DNA from: Clavibacter sp.
GTDB lineage: Bacteria > Actinomycetota > Actinomycetes > Actinomycetales > Microbacteriaceae
Length of the DNA stretch: 57,381 bases
Direction: 5' to 3'
NCBI GenBank assembly: GCA_044508495.1
Contig: JBIQHP010000002.1
Span: forward strand, 3,128-60,508
In this document: piece by piece, positions 1-10,242 of the stretch
How the letters are laid out: every line of letters starts with the position of its first letter
How positions within the stretch are numbered: the first letter of the stretch is position 1
Notes under the pieces: model-generated
What the model was told of the DNA's origin: nothing
Seen by the model: only the letters and a program-made list of their open reading frames with translations
The model's database searches: none
Program-made: the position numbers and the translations under genes

Positions 1-322
1 CGAGGCGCTCCTCGAGCAGTTCCTCGAGCTCGGCGCGCGTGCGGCGCTCGAGCAGCATGTCCCAGTGCGAACGCGGGATCCTGGCCTCGGCCGCATCGAG
101 CGGGACCGGCTTCCCGTTGTCGCCGAGGAGTCGGCCCTCACGGCCGCTCTTGGGAGACTCCCAGATGGTGGGGATCTCGGCGTCGGCGGCGAAGGTGACC
201 TCGAAGGTCGAACCGTCGTCGAGCTGATAGGTGCTGCGGCGCCGGGGGGAGAAGGTCACGCCCTCTTCGCTCTGCAGGCTCTGCGCCCCGAGGCGCATTC
301 CACGCAAACTACGATCGGCCAT
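1..322 (-). CDS. rbpA: RNA polymerase-binding protein RbpA (3' end runs off the window)
   Basis: Not in the ORF track. Manual translation from ATG 322 gives MADRSLRGMRLGAQSLQSEEG...WDMLLERRTRAELEELLEERL, matching the typical RbpA N-terminus and C-terminal sigma-interaction motif. Confidence 0.93.
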   Translation of the reverse strand, partial: MADRSLRGMRLGAQSLQSEEGVTFSPRRRSTYQLDDGSTFEVTFAADAEIPTIWESPKSGREGRLLGDNGKPVPLDAAEARIPRSHWDMLLERRTRAELEELLEERL

Positions 323-438
323 GGTCTCGTCCCCTTTTATCCGCCAGCTTCCACAAGTTATAAACCACCAAGCTGGGCGTATCCTTTCCGCCGCACGCCT
401 TTCACAGCGGGTTCCCAGAATCCAGCGCGGGCGCCCGC

Positions 439-1218
439 TCAGCCGCGCGAGCGGAGGACCTCGATGGCGAGATCGGCGCGATCGGTGACGATCCCGTCGA
501 CGCCGAGATCGAGGAGCCGTTCCATGTCGGCCGGGTCGTTGACGGTCCAGACGTGGACCTCGATGCCCGCCGCGTGGACCATGCGGATGAGCGGGGGAGT
601 GATGACCCGGATGCCGTTCCATCGCTCGGGAAGCTGCACCGCGTCGACCGGCCCCAGGATCCTGCGCACCCCTCCGGCCAGCCCGAGCTTCGCCGCGGCG
701 AGCATCCGAGCGCCTGTCCCGAAGGACGCCGACGTCGCGACTCCGGGCAGACCGCGCACGGCCGCGCGACGCCGGGACTCGCTGAACGAGGTCACGAGAA
801 CCCGGTCGGAGGCGTTGAGGGACCGGATCGCCTCGACGGCCGGCTGTACGGCTCCGGCGGACTTCAAGTCGATGTTGAAGCGGGCGTCCGGGAACGCGTC
901 GAGCGCCTCGGCGAGCGTGGAGAAGCCCTGCCCCTCGCCGAGGTCGACGCGGCACAGCTCGGCCGCCGTCAGCTGGTCGACGCGGACCTTCCGCCCCGCG
1001 ACGCGGCTGAGGTCCGGGTCATGGCTCACGACCGCGACGCCGTCCGCGCTCTCGTGGACATCCGTCTCGATGAACTCGACGCCGATCGCCATCGCCTTCG
1101 CGAAGGCGAGCAGCGTGTTCTCCGGGGCCTCGAGGGCGAGCCCGCGGTGAGCGAGAACCCTCGGGGGAGGGGTCGCGAGGTAACCGCCGCCGGACTGCCT
1201 TCTACGCGCCGTGCGCAC
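439..1218 (-). CDS. Glycerophosphodiester phosphodiesterase family protein
   Basis: AHRG...PENT, ETDVH, HD, NIDLK, WTVN and GIVTD motifs; start uncertain. Confidence 0.92.
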   Translation of the reverse strand: MRTARRRQSGGGYLATPPPRVLAHRGLALEAPENTLLAFAKAMAIGVEFIETDVHESADGVAVVSHDPDLSRVAGRKVRVDQLTAAELCRVDLGEGQGFSTLAEALDAFPDARFNIDLKSAGAVQPAVEAIRSLNASDRVLVTSFSESRRRAAVRGLPGVATSASFGTGARMLAAAKLGLAGGVRRILGPVDAVQLPERWNGIRVITPPLIRMVHAAGIEVHVWTVNDPADMERLLDLGVDGIVTDRADLAIEVLRSRG

Positions 1219-2104
1219 CCTTGGTGCCCAGGAATCCGCTCGTGATGTTGGTGAGCGCCTCGGTGAACTCCGAGGGGATGATCCAGAGCTTGCTCGAGTC
1301 GCTCTCGGCGATCTTGGGGAGCGTCAGCAGGTACTGGTAGGCGAGCAGCTTGGGGTCCGGGTTGCCGTCGTGGATGGCCTTGAACACCGTCGTGATCGCC
1401 TTCGCCTCGCCGTCCGCGCGCAGGATCGCGGCCTTCGCGTCGCCCTCGGCCTTGAGGATGGCGGCCTGCCTGGCGCCCTCAGCCTCGAGGATCTGCGACT
1501 GCTTGGTGCCCTCCGCAGTGAGGATGACGGCGCGCCGGTCGCGCTCCGCGCGCATCTGCTTCTCCATCGAGTCCTGGATGGAGAGCGGCGGATCGATCGC
1601 CTTGAGCTCGACGCGGCCGACACGGATGCCCCACTTGCCCGTCGCCTCGTCGAGCACGATGCGCAACTGGCCGTTGATGTTGTCGCGGCTCGTGAGCGCC
1701 TCCTCGAGGTTGAGCCCGCCGACGACGTTACGCAGTGTCGTCGTGGTCAACTGCTCGACGGCCCCGAGGTAGTTGGCGATCTCATAGGTCGCGGCGCGCG
1801 CATCCGTCACCTGGAAGTAGACGACCGTGTCGATCGAGACGACGAGGTTGTCCTCGGTGATGACCGGTTGCGGCGGGAACGAGACGACCTGCTCGCGCAT
1901 GTCGATGAGAGGGCGCACCCGGTCGATGATCGGGATGACGATGTTGAGCCCCGGGAGCAGGGTCTTGTGGTACTTGCCGAGTCGCTCGACGACGCCGGCG
2001 CGCGCCTGAGGGATGATCCGGATGGCGCGGAACAGGATCGTCAGCACGAAGATCGCGACGACCGCGATCAGGAGCACGAGGAGCACGGAACCGAAGTCGT
2101 TCAC
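1202..2104 (-). CDS. SPFH/band 7 (stomatin-like) membrane protein
   Basis: N-terminal TM segment, VVERLGKY, QPVITEDN, MEKQMRAER coiled coil; adjacent to nfeD. Confidence 0.93.
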   Translation of the reverse strand: MNDFGSVLLVLLIAVVAIFVLTILFRAIRIIPQARAGVVERLGKYHKTLLPGLNIVIPIIDRVRPLIDMREQVVSFPPQPVITEDNLVVSIDTVVYFQVTDARAATYEIANYLGAVEQLTTTTLRNVVGGLNLEEALTSRDNINGQLRIVLDEATGKWGIRVGRVELKAIDPPLSIQDSMEKQMRAERDRRAVILTAEGTKQSQILEAEGARQAAILKAEGDAKAAILRADGEAKAITTVFKAIHDGNPDPKLLAYQYLLTLPKIAESDSSKLWIIPSEFTEALTNITSGFLGTKGAHGA

Positions 2105-2592
2105 TTGGCGCCTTCTTTCTTCGATTCGGTGGCTTTCACGGGAGCGACCACGGCGGTCGCACCCTCGATCGAGGTGACCACGATCCGGTCACCGACCTGC
2201 AGTTGCTTCTTCGGCGCCGGGGAGACTCTCGCGGTCCAGGTCTCGCCCACCGAGAGCTTCACCTGCCCCTGGTCTTCGACGAAATCGTGGATGACGGAGC
2301 CCTCCATGCCGATGAGCGCGTCGACGAGCGTCCGGCTCGGATCGCCACCGCGTTTGAGTCTGCGCAGCAGCGGGGGGCGCACCGCGAGCAGGAGGGCGAG
2401 GGCGAGCACGGCCGCGATGACGACCTGCGCCCACCAGGGGAGCCCGAGGAGGCCCGACACCAGGCCGCCGAGGCTTCCCAGCGCGATCATGAGGAAGGTG
2501 AACTCGAGCGTCGTCATCTCGACGATGAGGAACACGAGGATGAGGCCCAGCCACAGTATCCAGGCGTAGTCGTTCAGGAATTCAACCGTCAT
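2101..2592 (-). CDS. NfeD family membrane protein
   Basis: TM helices followed by an OB-fold-like GQVKLSVGETWTAR segment; 4-nt overlap with the SPFH gene (classic pair). Confidence 0.9.
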   Translation of the reverse strand: MTVEFLNDYAWILWLGLILVFLIVEMTTLEFTFLMIALGSLGGLVSGLLGLPWWAQVVIAAVLALALLLAVRPPLLRRLKRGGDPSRTLVDALIGMEGSVIHDFVEDQGQVKLSVGETWTARVSPAPKKQLQVGDRIVVTSIEGATAVVAPVKATESKKEGAK

Positions 2593-2610
2593 CCGGCACC
2601 CCTCGTGTGT

Positions 2611-2634
2611 CGTGTTAGTAATGAAACTAGCACG
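2611..2634. promoter_or_regulatory. Imperfect inverted repeat in the divergent nfeD/SDR intergenic region, possible operator
   Basis: CGTGTTAGT-AATGAA-ACTAGCACG; 8 of 9 arm positions pair. Confidence 0.35.
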
Positions 2635-2657
2635 CCCGACTTGCTAGGGTCTGGGGG

Positions 2658-3422
2658 ATGAGCACACTCCTGGACCCTCACTCCCTCGACGGGAGGCGAG
2701 CGCTCGTCACGGGCTCCTCCCGCGGCATCGGCGCCGACACCGTCGGCTACTTCGCCGAGGCCGGCGCGAGCGTCGTCGTCAACTACCGCAACAAGGAGAA
2801 ACGCGCGCTCCAGCTCGTCGAGAGGATCGAGGATGCGGGGGGCACCGCGATCGCGATCGGCGCCGACCTGACCGATCCGGCCTCCGTCGCCGGCATGTTC
2901 GAGAACGTGCGGGAGGCCTGGGGCGGGCTCGACATCCTCGTGCTCAACGCCTCGGGTGGAATGGAGTCCGGCATGGGGGAGGACTACGCCATGCGGCTCA
3001 ACCGCGACGCGCAGGTGGGCATCCTCACCTCGGCGCTGCCGCTGCTCGGGCCTGGCTCGCGCGTCGTGTTCGTCACGAGCCACCAGGCGCACTTCATCCG
3101 CACCGTTCCGACGATGCCGGAGTACGAGCCGGTCGCGCTCAGCAAGCGTGCGGGGGAGGACGCCCTGCGCGCCATGATCCCCCAACTCGACGAGCTGGGG
3201 ATCGAGTTCGTCGTCGTCTCCGGCGACATGATCGAGGGAACGATCACCGCGACCCTCCTCGAGCGGGCGAACCCGGGGGCCATCAGCGCCCGCAAGGAGG
3301 CCGCCGGACGGCTCTACAACGTCTCGGAGTTCGCCGCGGAGGTCGCCAGGGCCGCCGTCGAGCCGGTTCCGGAAGACCACACGCGCTACATCGGCGACAT
3401 CAGCGGCTTCACCGGGAACTGA
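2658..3422 (+). CDS. SDR family oxidoreductase
   Basis: TGSSRGIG Rossmann motif, DILVLNA; -10-like TAGGGT just before the ATG (likely leaderless). Confidence 0.9.
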   Translation: MSTLLDPHSLDGRRALVTGSSRGIGADTVGYFAEAGASVVVNYRNKEKRALQLVERIEDAGGTAIAIGADLTDPASVAGMFENVREAWGGLDILVLNASGGMESGMGEDYAMRLNRDAQVGILTSALPLLGPGSRVVFVTSHQAHFIRTVPTMPEYEPVALSKRAGEDALRAMIPQLDELGIEFVVVSGDMIEGTITATLLERANPGAISARKEAAGRLYNVSEFAAEVARAAVEPVPEDHTRYIGDISGFTGN

Positions 3423-3442
3423 GGCAAACGTAGAGTAATGGG

Positions 3443-5466
3443 GTGAAAGCGACTGATCTCCCCCTCCTCACGAGTGTCTCCCGTCCCACCATCCACCCCG
3501 ATGGCAGCCAGGCGGTCTTCGCCACCTCGACCCCGAGCCTCGAAGCGGATGCCTACGTCGGCCAATTGTGGAGCGTGCCGCTCGACGGCGGCTCCGCACC
3601 GCGAAGGATCACGCGAGGGTTCAGCGACAGTGCCCCGCGGTTCAGCCCGGACGGCTCGCGCATCGCGTTCCTGAGGTCGGACGGGGACAGCCCGGCGCAG
3701 CTCCAGGTCATGGACGCCCAGGGCGGAGAGGCGGTCGCCGTCACCGACCAGAAGCTCGGAGTCGGGACCTTCACCTGGTCCCCGGACGGCCACCGCATCG
3801 CCTTCACCTCGCGGGTGGCCGAGGAGGGGAGGTATGGGACCGTCGAGAAGCTCGGGCCCGCCGCCGAGCCGCCGCGGCGGATCACGACCCGCAAGTACCG
3901 GTCGAACGGCCTCGGCTACACGAACGACCGCCGGAACCACGTCTTCCTCGTCGAGGTCCCCGACACCGCGGGGGAGCCCGCTTACCGGCGTGCGCCCTCG
4001 GCATCCGATCCGACGCCGGAACCGCCCGCGACGGTTCCCGAAGCGCGCCAGCTCACCTCGGGCGACTTCGACGACGGATACGTGCGCTTCTCGCCGGACG
4101 GAACGCGCATCGGATTCGTCTCCGCGCGGCATGCCGAGCGCGACGTCGACCTCGCCAACGACATCCACGAGCTCGAGATCGACGCGCCGGATGCCGAGCC
4201 GCGCGCGCTCACCGGCACCCACGGCAGATACGGCATCGACGGCTTCGCCTACGGCCCGGACGGGACCATCTTCTTCGTCGCGAGCGATCTGGGCGAGACC
4301 GGCCGGGACTTCGTGGCGCGCAACGCCGCGCTCTACCGCCTCGACGGCGACGTGCCGGCGACCCGGCTCACCGACCCCGAGGACGTCGACCTCGCCGACG
4401 GCGCCAACGAGCTCCTCGTGACCGCCGAGGGCGCCGTGCTCGCGCTCGACACCCGGCACGGGAACGTCGAGCTCGTCTCGGTGGACGGCGACGGCGTGCT
4501 CACCCGCATCGCGCCGCCCGAGTCGTCCGACCGGGGCTCGCTCGTGGTCCAGGGCTTCGACAGCGCGGCCGGGCGGATCGTCCTGAGCTTCAGCGACGCG
4601 AGCACGAAGGGCGATATCGCCGTCGTGCGCGAGGTCGGCCTCGACAGCCTCACGAACTTCTCGGCGTCGCTCACGGTCGCCGGGATCGCGGCGCCGAGCG
4701 AGCTCATGGTGACCGCACGGGACGGGTACGCCGTGCACGGCTGGACGCTCACGCCGAGCGGGGAGGGGCCGCATCCGGTGCTCCTCAACATCCACGGCGG
4801 TCCGTACACCCAGTACACCGGAGGGGTCTTCGACGAGGCCCAGGTCTATGTCGACGCGGGCTACGCGGTCGTCATGTGCAATCCGCGCGGCTCGTCCGGC
4901 TACGGCCAGGAGCACGGCCGGGCGATCCGCCACCGGATGGGCACTCTCGACTACACGGACGTGCTCGACTTCCTCGATGGCGCCCTCGCCGCGAACCCGT
5001 CCTTCGACGGCGCGCGCCTCGGCATCATGGGCGGCTCCTACGGCGGCTACCTCACTGCCTGGACGATCGCTCAGGACCACCGCTTCGCCGCGGCGATCGT
5101 CGAACGCGGCTATCTCGACCCGGAAGCCTTCATCGGCACCTCGGACATCGGCGACTTCTTCAGCGATGAGTACACCGGGACGGATCCGCAGCAGATCCGT
5201 GCTCAGAGCCCGCAGGCCTTCGTGCACCAGGTCACGACACCCACGCTCGTCATCCACTCGGAGAACGACCTGCGCTGCCCCCTCTCGCAGGGGGAGCGGT
5301 ACTACGCTGCGCTTCGCCGGCAGGGGGTCGACGCCGAGCTGCTCATCTTCCCGGGGGAGAACCACGAGCTGAGCCGGAGCGGACTGCCACGGCACCGTCT
5401 GCAGCGTTTCGAGGCCATCCTCGACTGGTGGGGAAGGCAGCTGCCCGTGACCGGGAAGGCGGCATC

Positions 5467-5470
<4 letters not shown>
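3443..5470 (+). CDS. S9 family (prolyl oligopeptidase/acylaminoacyl) peptidase
   Basis: SPDG beta-propeller repeats, HGGP, GGSYGG nucleophile, D (ENDLRC) and H (ENHEL) of the catalytic triad. Confidence 0.95.
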
Positions 5471-7802
<2,332 letters not shown>

Positions 7803-7818
<16 letters not shown>

Positions 7819-9029
7819 CTTTCTTCCTTGGACTGAATCACCGCGGCCGGCGAGGGGTTCGACGCGACCTGATGCGGTGTCTTTGATATCCGATAAGTGG
7901 GATTATTCCCGGTTCCCACTTGAGTATTGGTGCCCTTCGGCGCCGCGACGGGTGACGCAGTAACGGTGTCCGTGCTCGAGCTCGGCGCGACGGGTGGCTT
8001 CGGCCGAGGCGAACCACCGCCGGGCGAGGGTGGGGTGTCGTCCGGATCGTCGCCGTCAGCGGGGTCGTCGGCCTGCACCTCGACGCGAACGCTCGTGACC
8101 TCGAGGCCGGCGGTGTAGCCCCAGTACCGGCCGACGCTGCCGGTTCCCTCCCACGCTTCGGGGACCTCGTTCTGGTAGCCCTTGGAGGCGAAGGCGCCGT
8201 GTTTGCTGAAGTAGGCGGCGATGCGGGCCGGGTCTACGAAGTTGTACTCGCTCACGTGCGCGCCGATCCGCTCGTGCAGACCGTAGTCGCGCATCGCTTC
8301 GTCGACCCAGGCCGCGTGAAAATCGGGGTTCTCCGTTCCGGTGCCGTCGAGAGCGTGCTCGCGGTAGGCGGCGAGCTGCTCGTCGTCGCGAGCGTCGTAG
8401 CCGGCCGGCAGACACACCTGCGCCCAGGCGGGGCCGACCCATTCGGAGAACCGCATGCCGGAACCGCGGGCTCGGCCCGCCGGCGGCAGCATGAGCAGGT
8501 GGTAGTGGGGAGCCCCACGGCGTTGAAATTCGCGCTTCCATACGCAGATCAGCCGGCCACCCCACGCCCGCTCGTAGCGAGCAAGGAACGCGCGAAACCT
8601 CTTCCCGAGGCTCTGGGCATCGGGGGCGATGGCTAGCCAGCGGCGGGGGAGCGTGAGGGTCAGCAGGACCGGGAGACGGTCACCGTCGAACAGTGGCCGG
8701 TAGTCGAGGGTGGCGAGCCGATAGATCATGTAGTTGCGTGAGTGGCGGGACCACTCCTTCACGAGCCCGCGCGGGCCCCCGACCGTGCGCTCCTTCGGCT
8801 CGTCTAACATCAGGCCATTGTCGCAGCCCTCGCTGGAATCCTCCCAGTCCGAGGCCTGATACTCGCCCAGCTTCACGGCCGACGCGGAGGCCTCGAAGTA
8901 CCAGACGTTGCCCATCTGGACGGGCTTGCGATAGCTGCCGAAAGCCAGCCCGGAGACCCGCCGGGGTGCCCGTGGCATTCCGGCAACGGCGCGCTCTACA
9001 TCCGCCCGTGAGGGCAACAGCAGGGTCAC
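7803..9029 (-). CDS. Rolling-circle HUH replication initiator, 5' part (residues 1-381 phage/att-derived plus 27-aa host-derived tail)
   Basis: Motif I LLTLTLP, motif II WKREFQRRGAPHYHLL, motif III AAYFSKHG...KGYQN, GRYWG; GTG 9029 overlaps the pI stop (GTGA); ORF reads through attL. Confidence 0.9.
7886..7913 (+). repeat. attL: dif left arm joined to phage-derived spacer and a degenerate right arm
   Basis: ATATCCGATAA-GTGGGA-TTATTCCCGGT; left 11 bp identical to attR, right arm 6/11 identical. Confidence 0.85.
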
Positions 9030-9973
9030 AGGTGCAGGCGACCCATGCCGGCGAGCGCGTCTGCGATGCAGTCCGGGTCTTTGCACGCGGCCGGTCCCGG
9101 CAGGTCGAGGCCGTGCCGGCACTGATTATCGACCGCCGTGACCGAGTCGAGAGTGTTGTAGGCGGAGAAGGTGAGGGAGCCGGGGGCCCAGCACAGTTCG
9201 CGGCACAGCACACGGGCCCTACGGGACTTCAAATCGGAGCGGCCACCGAGCTCGAAGTTGAGCTGCTTCGTATCCTCGGACTGCATGAGGGACGAGCTGT
9301 CGAACGTAGTCAGGAACGCGACCCTGTTCGGTGCCCACAGAGACGATCGGGTGGGGTCGGAGCGCTGCTCTCGTCGGATCGCCGCCCAGTTGGGGAAGTG
9401 TCCTCGGCACTTCGTGACCGCCTGGGAGAGCTGGCGGAGGCGCCGGTCGGAGTTATCCCAGTCGATACCGGTCCACACGACTCGCACGTCGCGGCGCCGC
9501 ATCTGAGGGAGAAGCCGGCGGACCGGTTTCGGCATGCCCTGATCGCGGGAGTCCATGATGCCGGTTATCTCATCGAGCAGAATGTCGCCGTGCTCGAACT
9601 GGAAGAGCTGCGCCCATCCGGTGAAGGGAACATACAGCGGGTGCGGGTTCCCGGTGTGCGGGTCGAGAATCGCTACGGTCGAGAGCACCTTGCGCCCCAT
9701 GGCGATGGAGGGGAGGGTGTCGCGGATCATTGCCCACGTCTTGAAGTTGCCGTTGAGACCGATATAGCCGTGGATGGGGCTCGAGCGGCGTTTGCGGATG
9801 CCACGGGTGAGCAGCTTCGGGTTGCTCAGGTCGAGAGGGCCGGCCTCAGCGATCAGCTCACCCAGGTCTTCGTCCGTGAAGCCGGATGCCTCCTCACAGG
9901 TACCTTCGTGGCCGGCTACGGCGGCACAGATGCCGAGGCCGCAATACTCCACCGGTGTGGTTTCTAGGGTCAT
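9026..9973 (-). CDS. Zot-like / pI morphogenesis ATPase
   Basis: Walker A variant GLNGNFKT, Walker B ILLDE, QMRRRDVRVVWTG and DRRLR Zot-type motifs; RBS AGGAGG and ATGA overlap with the upstream gene. Confidence 0.88.
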   Translation of the reverse strand: MTLETTPVEYCGLGICAAVAGHEGTCEEASGFTDEDLGELIAEAGPLDLSNPKLLTRGIRKRRSSPIHGYIGLNGNFKTWAMIRDTLPSIAMGRKVLSTVAILDPHTGNPHPLYVPFTGWAQLFQFEHGDILLDEITGIMDSRDQGMPKPVRRLLPQMRRRDVRVVWTGIDWDNSDRRLRQLSQAVTKCRGHFPNWAAIRREQRSDPTRSSLWAPNRVAFLTTFDSSSLMQSEDTKQLNFELGGRSDLKSRRARVLCRELCWAPGSLTFSAYNTLDSVTAVDNQCRHGLDLPGPAACKDPDCIADALAGMGRLHL

Positions 9974-10242
9974 CCTCTTCCTCCTATAAACGGTAGATGA
10001 GCGATCAGTACGCGGGCTCCGCGCAGCAGGAGGCCGGCGACCCAGATGGTGAGTGGAATGGCGGCGAGGACGCCGATGAGTGTCCAGTCGAAGAACGCGC
10101 CGAGGCCGTCGCCCATGGCGAGGATTTCGTTGATCGTGTCGTCGAGGTGCACGAGGGACTCCGGCAACTCGAGCGTTGGGAAGAGGCTCACGATCCAGTT
10201 CACGAAGCCGGCGCCGACGTTGACGATCCACTCGATAATCAT
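9970..10242 (-). CDS. pVI-like minor coat membrane protein (90 aa)
   Basis: MIIEWIVNVGAG...HLPFIGGRG; hydrophobic, lies between pIII and pI, ATGA overlaps at both ends. Confidence 0.8.
   Translation of the reverse strand: MIIEWIVNVGAGFVNWIVSLFPTLELPESLVHLDDTINEILAMGDGLGAFFDWTLIGVLAAIPLTIWVAGLLLRGARVLIAHLPFIGGRG

Noticed and set aside
7886-7896. The 11-bp direct repeat as a transposon target-site duplication
   Set aside because: No transposase or terminal inverted repeats; the repeat is exactly the left arm of the dif-like site.
9026-9973. Zot as an enterotoxin or virulence gene
   Set aside because: Only the ATPase domain is present, in the pI position of a phage operon; there is no TM segment or C-terminal extension like the V. 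cholerae toxin fragment.
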